IMG/VR virus record: IMGVR_UViG_3300035130_000102
Coordinates: 1-40,372 of that record
Source: a virus
Length of the DNA stretch: 40,372 nt
Direction: 5' to 3' (one strand)
In this document: positions 15,720 to 23,437 of the stretch, piece by piece
Layout of the letters: each line of letters opens with the position of its first letter
Position numbering within the stretch: the first letter of the stretch is position 1
Translations under genes and position numbers: made by a program
The notes under the pieces: generated by a model
Told to the model about the DNA's origin: nothing
The model's database searches: none
What the model saw: only the letters and a program-made list of their open reading frames with translations

Positions 15720-16525
15720 GACGGCCTCCTGGCCCTGGTGAGGCCCCACAGAAGCAGCACGAGACATGCAGCGACGGCGACCGCGTTGCCCGCGACGAGG
15801 TAGGGCCAGCCGTCCAGCACCGTGTCGGCGGTCAGCCACGGCAGCACGCACGAGCCCGCCGGGCCGGCGATCAGGGCGAGGCCGGCGAGGTGGGCCGGCG
15901 AGGGGCGGTCAGGCCTCGAGGCCTGGTGAGCGATCCACCGGAGGGCGACGGCGACCGACACGACGACGGCGCCCAGCTCGATCAGGTCGTAGATCCGGAG
16001 CAGCGCCGGCCCGCGTAGGTCGGGGTAGCTGCCGGCGATCCCGGCGGTGAGGAGGAGCCAGACGCCGATCAGCCGCCAGGGTGCAGACGAGCCCGCACGG
16101 CCGCATCCTTGGCCTCGAGCAGCTTTCGGAGGGCGACCGTGCGCTCTGGGCCTGGCTCGATGGTGTCCACGATATGGCGAGCTAGATCGGCAAACGGCTC
16201 CGATGCCCTCTGCAGGCGCTCGGGCAGGTGCTCGTACGCGAACCATTTCATCATGCGATCGTCCATGCCCGAGCAAGTACCACGCCATCGCCGGCAGCGC
16301 CAGCATGCTCGCCGTGTAGAGCCCCACCTCCGCCCACCACGCCACCAGCCACCAGCCCGCCCTCAGCTCCGGCGGCGCCGGCAGCAGCAGCGCCTGGCAC
16401 CACCGTAGGGCGTCGATTGCCAGCACCGCGCCGAGGTAGGCGGCGACGGGCCGGGAGCGGCTCACCAGCGCAGCGAGGCCGGCGGCGGCGTACAGGGCGA
16501 GGGTGAGGGCGGCGAGAAGGGTCAT
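15710..16525 (-). CDS. Polytopic membrane protein ORF (271 aa) whose central loop is overlapped by another ORF
   Basis: Hydrophobic Trp-rich helices at aa 1-85 and about 150-271, with very high GC3. ATGA overlap with the upstream gene. The central ~66 codons have low GC3. Confidence 0.55.
   Translation of the reverse strand: MTLLAALTLALYAAAGLAALVSRSRPVAAYLGAVLAIDALRWCQALLLPAPPELRAGWWLVAWWAEVGLYTASMLALPAMAWYLLGHGRSHDEMVRVRAPARAPAEGIGAVCRSSSPYRGHHRARPRAHGRPPKAARGQGCGRAGSSAPWRLIGVWLLLTAGIAGSYPDLRGPALLRIYDLIELGAVVVSVAVALRWIAHQASRPDRPSPAHLAGLALIAGPAGSCVLPWLTADTVLDGWPYLVAGNAVAVAACLVLLLWGLTRARRPSWG
16069..16266 (-). CDS. 65-aa helical protein nested out of frame inside the membrane ORF
   Basis: ATG..TGA ORF MDDRMMKWFAYEHLPERLQ...ALRKLLEAKDAAVRARLHPGG. 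Hand-counted GC3 is 50/65 here against 29/65 for the long frame over the same nucleotides. Confidence 0.6.
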   Translation of the reverse strand: MDDRMMKWFAYEHLPERLQRASEPFADLARHIVDTIEPGPERTVALRKLLEAKDAAVRARLHPGG

Positions 16526-16872
16526 AGCTTGCGCTCGAGCTCTCTGCGCACGGCCTCTTGTGTCAGCTCATCCCAATCGAAGGAGACGTGATCACGTTTG
16601 CGGCGACTCCGCGCAAGCTGACCCGGCGCGGGACGAAATCGCGGCAGCGGTCGCAGGCGCAATGGCGCCGGCTCCAGCATCGGGTGTAATCCACCGAGGG
16701 GCTCGTAGCGGCGAGCGTCTCGACCCAGCACGTATCGTCGCCACCCAAAACGCAGCCATCGCCAGAAGGCCCAGCGACTAGCCGGCGGCGCCTGCATGAG
16801 GGAAAGCGGACGCATGTCGCGACGGTAGCTCACCGCACCCCCACCCGTGGCTGCTAGAGATAGGCGCTTCAT
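16522..16872 (-). CDS. Arg/Trp-rich hypothetical protein (116 aa)
   Basis: ORF with ATGA overlap to the downstream membrane gene. No clear RBS and moderate GC3. Confidence 0.45.
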   Translation of the reverse strand: MKRLSLAATGGGAVSYRRDMRPLSLMQAPPASRWAFWRWLRFGWRRYVLGRDARRYEPLGGLHPMLEPAPLRLRPLPRFRPAPGQLARSRRKRDHVSFDWDELTQEAVRRELERKL

Positions 16873-16875
16873 GGG

Positions 16876-17037
16876 CTAATTCACCAGGCTCAGACGGATG
16901 CGCTCGACGACGTCCTTAGCCTCGGCGAGGTAGCGATCGACAGCTTCCCAGTCTTTCGCGGCGGCGGCCTCAGCGATGGCATCGTAGAGCCAGACGAGGG
17001 CCTTTTCTGGCTGGGGTGGGCAGGTTCCGTGCGGCAT
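16876..17037 (-). CDS. Small helical protein (53 aa)
   Basis: ATG at 17037 is preceded by GGAGGA plus 8 nt. The tracked start at 17058 is a TTG inside the upstream gene. Confidence 0.5.
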   Translation of the reverse strand: MPHGTCPPQPEKALVWLYDAIAEAAAAKDWEAVDRYLAEAKDVVERIRLSLVN

Positions 17038-17041
17038 ACGC

Positions 17042-17269
17042 TCAATCCTCCATGGCAACCACTACGGTGCCGTTTACGGGGTCTCGGTAGACCAATCGCA
17101 CAACGCCGGTGACGGGGTTGTGCCAAATCATCAGCTCACCAAGCTCTGGCACAGGCGGGCCGTCGTCGCTCACGCGGCGGGGCTCGCAGATGCATAGCTC
17201 ACGCTGCTCGCCGGCCTCTGCCACGGCGCAGCCAGCAAGCAAACACAGTATCAGGCTCAGATGTCTCAT
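17042..17269 (-). CDS. Small lipoprotein (75 aa; lipobox LLAGC)
   Basis: Internal ATG at 17269 in an ATGA overlap. MRHLSLILCLLAGCAVAE fits a signal peptide plus lipobox Cys. Confidence 0.6.
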   Translation of the reverse strand: MRHLSLILCLLAGCAVAEAGEQRELCICEPRRVSDDGPPVPELGELMIWHNPVTGVVRLVYRDPVNGTVVVAMED

Positions 17270-17634
17270 GGTGCTAGCAACCAATACTCGAAGTTTGATG
17301 AGCCGGTGGGCAAGCCGACATACGGCGCAACTCCGTTGAGCCTTACAAGCATCACATCCCCCGGCTTCAAGGTGCAAAATGGGACACAGCTCGGAGACAC
17401 CGAGCCGGTAAACTCGAGGACCCCATCACCGTTATTGCGGCCGACCAGGAGCCCGCCTGGTCCGACGTCGCCGAGCTGGAGCGGCTCCTTGGCGGAGTTG
17501 ATTAGCTGGATATTGTGGATCATGCGTTCGCCGGCGACCGCGACGGACAGTGCCTCGGCGAAACCTGGCGGAAGCGAGCCCTCGGCCGTCCCAAGGTCCC
17601 AGCTGAAACGTAGCGTGATCTGTGCCTGTCCCAT
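17266..17634 (-). CDS. Small beta-rich protein (122 aa) in the slot where podoviruses carry fibre or spike genes
   Basis: Internal ATG at 17634, 1 nt after the upstream stop. Locally lower GC. Confidence 0.55.
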   Translation of the reverse strand: MGQAQITLRFSWDLGTAEGSLPPGFAEALSVAVAGERMIHNIQLINSAKEPLQLGDVGPGGLLVGRNNGDGVLEFTGSVSPSCVPFCTLKPGDVMLVRLNGVAPYVGLPTGSSNFEYWLLAP

Positions 17635-17635
17635 G

Positions 17636-17962
17636 TCAGTACCTGCAGATGATCTGCGCGCCGTTGGTGCTCGATGCTTTGAGCTGGTGGGGACAAGATG
17701 GAAGCACAATAGGGGCGGCATCAGCATCTACGGTTATTGTATCCTCGATCGGGTCGCCTGCCTTGTCGCGCTCGTTGTACACGAGAACGTAGGTGGCGCT
17801 TGGTGTGCCCAGCTGCACCTCAACGGGAAGGTGAAGCTTACCGATCTTGCCACCAATCCACAGCTCCAGCTCCGTATCGGTGCCATTGACGTGCACGCGC
17901 GTTTTGGTGACAGACGAGACTCTGTCCAGCCGTCCCCTGATCTCTCCTACTGCGGCGGTCAT
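17636..17962 (-). CDS. Small beta-rich protein (108 aa)
   Basis: Internal ATG at 17962 in an ATGA overlap with the 883-aa gene. Confidence 0.55.
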   Translation of the reverse strand: MTAAVGEIRGRLDRVSSVTKTRVHVNGTDTELELWIGGKIGKLHLPVEVQLGTPSATYVLVYNERDKAGDPIEDTITVDADAAPIVLPSCPHQLKASSTNGAQIICRY

Positions 17963-20610
17963 AGTATTTCCCTCTCGAGCCGCTGCTGGCTCGTTAGCAT
18001 GTCCTCGGAAAAGTCTGGCACGCCCTGCCCTCGGCCGCGCGGCGGTGGAGGCTCGGGTGGGGGCGTGGCGAATGTGGCCTGCGCTGCGGCCATTACCCGC
18101 GGATCCCATGCGCCCACCACGGGAGCCTGCAGCAGTACCGAGAGCTGCCCAGCGTCGCGATACGGCAGCTCCTTGCCGGCCTGCTGGGCGGCCATGAGCT
18201 GATCGAAGATCTGGGCCTGCATGTCAGCGAAAGCCTCTGGGTAGACCCGTGATGCGGCGGTGACCATGCTCGGGGTCAGCTCGCCATCAGCGGCGCTGCT
18301 CGTCAGCGACCAGGGCTCTTCGATGGCCTGGTAATGGCGCATGAGCTGCTCGGCCTCGGCCTGCGACAAGGGGCGTGGGGCATCCGTGATCCCAAGTGGC
18401 GAGCGGTCCGGCATAAGGCTCTGCAGGTACTCAGCGCCGCGCATCGTGGTATCGGCGGCGAGCTGTGTGATGGCAGGCGCCGAGCCGGCCACAGGCTCAA
18501 AGATCCCAGCGAGCGAGCTGCGTGCCGCCTCGGGCTGAGCCTGCAGCCGCCGCAGGGCGATTTCGCGCCGCTCGGCCTGGACTCGCTCGTTTCGCTCTTC
18601 GCCGCGGGCATACGCCCTCGCCGCCGGCGCCGCGGCCTTGACGGCCGCCGGCCTTGCTCGAGCAAACAGCTTGCGCGCGCCGCTCGCCACTTGACCGTCA
18701 AACTTCGCGGCCATGCGCTCGATCGCGGCCATGCGGCGGATGGCGAGCCCAGGCTTTAGCGCCGCCCCGATAGCTGCCCCACCGAGAGCCGCCGCTGTGC
18801 CATCCTCGCCGCCGAGCAGGTAGCCGGCGCCGGCCCCGATGGTCGCGCCAAGCACCCCGGAGCCGTCCTCCGAGGCGATCTTCTGAAACTGGCCCTGCAG
18901 CGCGACCTTATCGCCGGCCTCAGCGATGAACTTGTCCGTCGCGTCCGCCCCCTTGATCATCGCCCGGAACTTTTCGGCCGCTTGCGGCGTCATGTCCAGT
19001 GTTTCAAGCGCCGTCTCAGCGTACTTCCGCTTAAACGCCTGGGCGTCTTTGAGGGCTCTCATCGCGATGTTGCGATTGGGGTTATCGAGCCCGCCAAGGA
19101 ACTTGCGGACCTTGTCCTGGTCCGCCGTCAGGGCCATGGCCGCATAGGGGTTTTCGGGATCCTTGCCGTAGCGGGTGAAGAAATCTCTGTGGTGGCGCTG
19201 GAGCCCGCCGCCGAGCCCCTCGAACCATGCCTCGTTCATGATCCGTTGGGCTGTCCCGATCTGTCCCCATGTGTCAGTGCTCGTCAGAATCGGCCGGAGG
19301 GTGTCATCGTCGAGCTTTCTAAGCAGCGCCACGGTAGCCGGAGCCGTGGCTTGGGTGCGCACCCTGTTCTCAGCCGAGCGGGTGAGATTCTGCACCTCTT
19401 TCTTCCACCCATCGAGGCCCTCGTAGGCGGCGGCTGAGACGTTTTCGCCTTTGGCAACAGCCTTCTGCAAATCCTCCTCGAATACCCGGAGGCGCCGCTC
19501 GAGCTTTTTGGCCTGCCCCTTGCCCCAGAGGCGATCGGGGTCGGCAATGATCTCCTCGAGCACCTCGCGAGATCGCCTGTGAGCCTCCCGGATCTGTGTG
19601 AGCTGATCGGACAGGTTGTCCGTCCTGATGTTGCGCTTGATCGCATCGCGCTTGAAGGCGCTCTTTGCGGCAAACTTCGTGGCGTCGAAGGCCCGCTGCC
19701 CGGCCTCGAGATTTTCTGTGAGCCGGGCAGCTATCGCGTCCAGATCCTCCGCGCCCTCGAAGATCTGACGTCGAGCGGCCCGCCCCTGCTGACCGAGATC
19801 CATGAACAGCCGCATGGCCTCGCGGTCTTTGCCGGCGGCGGTCGCTGAAACGTCCGCGAAGAAGTCGGTCGCCCGCTTGCCGAGCCCCGGCGCGGCGTCG
19901 CCGAAGATTCCGCTCGCGGCCCGCTCGACATCGGCTCCGGACGGCGAGCCCACAGCACGCCGGATCCCCTGCCCCAGCTTGCCGAGGGCCACCCCGCCAA
20001 GCCCGATCCCGGCGCCGATCCCCCCGCCCCAGAGCGCACCCGTTCCCGTGGCCGCAGCGAGCTTCTCCGCGGTCAAAGGATGGTTCTGGACGTAGCTCTC
20101 GCCGATCGTGTGCCCAAGCGTCTCAAACCCAGCCTCGACAACGCCACCGACAGCAGGGGCAAGGATCCGCCCGGTGATGCCCGGGACCCGGGCAGCCAAC
20201 CGCTCGCCCGCGCCGGCGATCCCGGTAACCAGCCGCGTGGGGGCCGAGATACCACGCGCCAGAGCGCCGGTGCCGCCGGACAGCCCCACGCCAAGCAGGC
20301 CTCCGGTGATCTCGCCGGCCATCAGTGTCCCGCCGTGTACCTGCCTGTAAGCCTGTAGCGCCCGGCGCGCGTCCTCGCTCTGGCTCAAGGCGATGTCGCT
20401 CAGCCCGAACGTGAGCCCGCCGAGGGCCCCGGCGCCGAACGCTGCCGCTTGGTGGCCGATCCCGCCGTACTCCTCCTCGAGCCTGGCCTCCTCGATCTCC
20501 GTCGGCGTCGCAACGCGATACCCCGCCCCGAGCTGTCCGGCCTGCGCAGCGGGCACGTGTCCGACGGTGCCCTCGGGGGTGATGACGTTGACAAATTCGC
20601 CGTCGGGCAT
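17959..20610 (-). CDS. Large internal virion/ejection-type protein (883 aa; gp16-position)
   Basis: Gly/Ala-rich hydrophobic segments plus long helical regions. Fourth of four consecutive core-type genes after the nozzle gene. Confidence 0.5.
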   Translation of the reverse strand: MPDGEFVNVITPEGTVGHVPAAQAGQLGAGYRVATPTEIEEARLEEEYGGIGHQAAAFGAGALGGLTFGLSDIALSQSEDARRALQAYRQVHGGTLMAGEITGGLLGVGLSGGTGALARGISAPTRLVTGIAGAGERLAARVPGITGRILAPAVGGVVEAGFETLGHTIGESYVQNHPLTAEKLAAATGTGALWGGGIGAGIGLGGVALGKLGQGIRRAVGSPSGADVERAASGIFGDAAPGLGKRATDFFADVSATAAGKDREAMRLFMDLGQQGRAARRQIFEGAEDLDAIAARLTENLEAGQRAFDATKFAAKSAFKRDAIKRNIRTDNLSDQLTQIREAHRRSREVLEEIIADPDRLWGKGQAKKLERRLRVFEEDLQKAVAKGENVSAAAYEGLDGWKKEVQNLTRSAENRVRTQATAPATVALLRKLDDDTLRPILTSTDTWGQIGTAQRIMNEAWFEGLGGGLQRHHRDFFTRYGKDPENPYAAMALTADQDKVRKFLGGLDNPNRNIAMRALKDAQAFKRKYAETALETLDMTPQAAEKFRAMIKGADATDKFIAEAGDKVALQGQFQKIASEDGSGVLGATIGAGAGYLLGGEDGTAAALGGAAIGAALKPGLAIRRMAAIERMAAKFDGQVASGARKLFARARPAAVKAAAPAARAYARGEERNERVQAERREIALRRLQAQPEAARSSLAGIFEPVAGSAPAITQLAADTTMRGAEYLQSLMPDRSPLGITDAPRPLSQAEAEQLMRHYQAIEEPWSLTSSAADGELTPSMVTAASRVYPEAFADMQAQIFDQLMAAQQAGKELPYRDAGQLSVLLQAPVVGAWDPRVMAAAQATFATPPPEPPPPRGRGQGVPDFSEDMLTSQQRLEREIL

Positions 20611-20614
20611 GGGA

Positions 20615-22711
20615 TTATTGTCCTGGTGCCGTGCCCGGCATCACGGTTGCGCCGCCGGCACCGGTACGCCACGCCGCCGGCCCACTGACACCCTCGGGCA
20701 CCATGTACTCTTGCCGGCCGGTCTCCGGGTTGACACCGACACTCACCGGTCGCTCGACGTGGGCCCCCATGCGCTCCCTGAAGGCCCCCTGTAGCTGATT
20801 CTTGTAGCCGGTCATGACGCGTCCCATGTCGTAGCGCTGCCGCCCGATCGCGTCTGTGGCCTCGGGGGCGAGCATGGGAGCGATCCGCTGCATCTCGCCC
20901 TCCGTCATGCTCGCGCCGGCCACTGCGTTGATCGTGGGAACGTCGACCTGCGCCGCCGCTCGGCGGTAGGCCGCTTTGTCGTCCTCGCTCATGACGAGGT
21001 CAGAGCCTTGGTATTTCCGCAGGATGCGATCCATCGTTTCGACGTTACGCATTGCGCCGCGGAACTTTGCGGTTTCGTCCCGCAGCTCCTGGACCTTGCT
21101 GCCCGGCAAGGCGATCCCTACGCCAGGGATAACCCGCTTCGCCTCGTCCTTGCCGAGCGGCCTGTAGCCGGCGAGCCCCTGCGCCGCGAGCTGCTGCCGG
21201 GCCTGCTGCTTTCGCCGTGCTTGCCCCTGCGCCCACATTGCCGCCCGGCGCTGCTGCATGCGCTGATCGGCAGCCAGCGCCGCCCCTACGCGAATTCGCT
21301 GCTCGTTGTCGAGCTGAGCCCTCGACAGCTCTCGATCGACATGGGCGAGGTAGCGCTGGGCGTCCACTTTAGCCGTTTCGCTCCGGGCCGTCGCTGCCTT
21401 TTCTGTGAGAAATGCCTTGGCCTGATCAAGCTGCAGCATACGTTCTGTCTGGATCGCTGCCTGCTCATCGCCGAGCTGCTGACGTAGCATTCCGAGGCGA
21501 TTTTGCTTTGCTGCAGCGACATCCTTTAGCGTCGAGATGTCGGCCAGCTGAGCCTTGATGTCCCGATCGATCCGGGCGTCAATGGCTTGCTGGGCGAAGT
21601 TGGGGCCGCCGGTGAATGCAGCGCCGGCAGCTCCGAGGGCAGCGGCGAGGGCGTCCAGGACAGGGATGGCGCCGCGACGCGGGTCAACCTTTGTCGCCTT
21701 CATCTCGTCAACTGCGCGGCGGTATTCAGCATCGGCCTGCTGATAGCTCTGCTCGAAATCCTGCCGGAACTGGGCAAACTCGGCCTCTTGCAGCTTCGCC
21801 TTCTCGGCCTGCTGCGCCGCCAGCTCCCGCTGAGCATCTAGCTCCCGCTGCTCGACCACCTGCCGCTGCTGCTCAATGGTGGCCATCTTACGGCCGAACC
21901 CAAGCTCCATCTCCTGCTTCCGGGCGGCGACTCCGCGGGGGTCCGAGCGCAGCCATTCGTCGTATCGCCGGAGCAGCTCCTCCTTGTTTTTGGGATCCAT
22001 CTCGAGCTGCTCAACTGCCTCGCGATAGCCGGGCAGGTAAAAGCCCGGCTCAGGGTTGAGAGCCTTGACGTCTGCCGGCAGGTACCGGCCCGGATCTGCA
22101 GCAGGCGCTACCCCGCCACGGACACCCGCTCCGCCAGCCGCAACAGGCCTCGTACGCAGGCCGAGGCGCTGACGGATCGTCTCCTCCGGCACCCCCTGCC
22201 CACGTAGCTGCTCGACGAGGGCCGCGCCACGAGGGCCCATCATGGCCTGGGCCTGCGCTGAGGTGTCCGACTGCAGAGCCGTCTGAACGGTGGTCACCCC
22301 GGTGCGCACCGGTGCGCCGGCACCTGGGCCGCCGCCAGCGATCCGCCGGCGGGTCTCCTCGAACCGCGGATCGCCGGCGGGCACCCGCTCGCCCGTGGCC
22401 GGATCTACGACACCCCGGGCGAGCTCAGCAGTCGTCACCGGCGGCGCCACGCCGGCCGGTCGCCACATGCCAGCGCCGGCAAGCGGGTCCTCTTCGCCGA
22501 TCGGCGCCGGCTGCAGCTCCGGTGGTAGCTCGCCTGCCAGGATCTGCTCGGTGGTGAGACCCTCGACGGGCGGCGGGCCCATGGGGGCCGGCGGGGCTGC
22601 CGGCATCAGCGGCGGGCCGGCCAGCTCGCCAGTGAGAGGTGCCGGGCCGGCTCGTAGCTCCTCGGGGCTCGGTGGCAGCTCTGGGCCTGCCATGGGGTAA
22701 CCGTTAGCCAT
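20615..22711 (-). CDS. Internal virion/ejection-type protein (698 aa; gp15-position)
   Basis: Pro-rich N-terminus and Gln/Ala/Arg-rich coiled-coil middle. GGGAGG RBS 5 nt upstream of the ATG. Confidence 0.5.
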   Translation of the reverse strand: MANGYPMAGPELPPSPEELRAGPAPLTGELAGPPLMPAAPPAPMGPPPVEGLTTEQILAGELPPELQPAPIGEEDPLAGAGMWRPAGVAPPVTTAELARGVVDPATGERVPAGDPRFEETRRRIAGGGPGAGAPVRTGVTTVQTALQSDTSAQAQAMMGPRGAALVEQLRGQGVPEETIRQRLGLRTRPVAAGGAGVRGGVAPAADPGRYLPADVKALNPEPGFYLPGYREAVEQLEMDPKNKEELLRRYDEWLRSDPRGVAARKQEMELGFGRKMATIEQQRQVVEQRELDAQRELAAQQAEKAKLQEAEFAQFRQDFEQSYQQADAEYRRAVDEMKATKVDPRRGAIPVLDALAAALGAAGAAFTGGPNFAQQAIDARIDRDIKAQLADISTLKDVAAAKQNRLGMLRQQLGDEQAAIQTERMLQLDQAKAFLTEKAATARSETAKVDAQRYLAHVDRELSRAQLDNEQRIRVGAALAADQRMQQRRAAMWAQGQARRKQQARQQLAAQGLAGYRPLGKDEAKRVIPGVGIALPGSKVQELRDETAKFRGAMRNVETMDRILRKYQGSDLVMSEDDKAAYRRAAAQVDVPTINAVAGASMTEGEMQRIAPMLAPEATDAIGRQRYDMGRVMTGYKNQLQGAFRERMGAHVERPVSVGVNPETGRQEYMVPEGVSGPAAWRTGAGGATVMPGTAPGQ

Positions 22712-22853
22712 GATGGCCTCCCGCCAGCCATGATGGCCCGCGGCCCCAGCCCTGCTCGTAGTCGATGCTGCTCATGCTGCTCATGCTGCTCATGCTGCTC
22801 ATGCTGCTCATGCTGCTCATGCTGCTCATGCTGCTCATGCTGCTCATGCTCAC
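22704..22853 (-). CDS. Candidate 49-codon micro-ORF V/M-S-M-(SSM)8-SSI-DYEQGWGRGPSWLAGGHHG spanning the tandem repeat
   Basis: The GTG overlaps the upstream TGA (GTGA). The TAA overlaps the downstream ATG (ATGGCTAA). Every repeat codon (AGC AGC ATG) ends in G or C. Not in the ORF track because it is under 60 aa. Confidence 0.35.
   Translation of the reverse strand: MSMSSMSSMSSMSSMSSMSSMSSMSSMSSIDYEQGWGRGPSWLAGGHHG
22765..22851. repeat. Perfect 9-bp tandem repeat ATGCTGCTC: 9 copies plus a 6-nt partial
   Basis: Counted directly: units start at 22765, 22774, ... 22837, and the partial ATGCTC is at 22846-22851. Confidence 0.97.
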
Positions 22854-23437
22854 CCCGCGATCCTTGCCAGCCCCGCCGAGCCAGCTGACATGGCCGCCCC
22901 GATGGCCTGCGCTTTGGCCTGCTCGCGCTGCGCCTCCTCGGCCAGCTGTGTCTGCTGAGCAGCCTGCGCTTCGGCGAGCCCCCGCGCTTGCGCCGCTCCG
23001 AAAAACTGCAGGGCCTGCTGCGCCTCTGCCTGCGCCTGCTGCTGCTGTGCTAGCTGCGACTCCTGCATCATGCCCCGGGCCATGGCCTCCTCCTGGGCCC
23101 GTCTAAACGCCTGCTGGGCTATCTGCTCGCTCATCTGGCGCTGGGCCCCAAACATCGCTGCCCGCTGTGCCAGTCCTCCGCCGGCGCCGGCTACGCGTGC
23201 TTGCTGCGCTGCTCCCCCGCGGGCAAGAGCCTGCCGCGCCTGGGCAGCGCTCGCCCCGCCGGCGAGGGCCGCGTAGTAGTCCTGGACGAGCTGCTGCCGC
23301 TGCCCGAGGTAGTCGCGAGCGATCCCGTGCTGGTAGGCGGCAATCCCCGGATGGGATCCCGTCCAGGCCGGTGCCGCCGGCGTTCCGAAGGTGACGTCTG
23401 TTGATGCGCCGAAGGGATCGTAGTCAAAGAGCCCCAT
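22850..23437 (-). CDS. Ala/Gln-rich internal virion-type protein (195 aa; gp14-position)
   Basis: Low-complexity A/Q/G helical sequence. 1-nt overlap with the upstream gene. Confidence 0.5.
   Translation of the reverse strand: MGLFDYDPFGASTDVTFGTPAAPAWTGSHPGIAAYQHGIARDYLGQRQQLVQDYYAALAGGASAAQARQALARGGAAQQARVAGAGGGLAQRAAMFGAQRQMSEQIAQQAFRRAQEEAMARGMMQESQLAQQQQAQAEAQQALQFFGAAQARGLAEAQAAQQTQLAEEAQREQAKAQAIGAAMSAGSAGLARIAG

Noticed and set aside
22765-23106. Plus-strand ORF starting with (MLL)9, encoded by the tandem repeat
   Set aside because: The rest of the ORF is Pro/Ala-rich antisense sequence of the 195-aa gene. All neighbouring genes are on the minus strand and there is no RBS. The repeat itself is reported separately.
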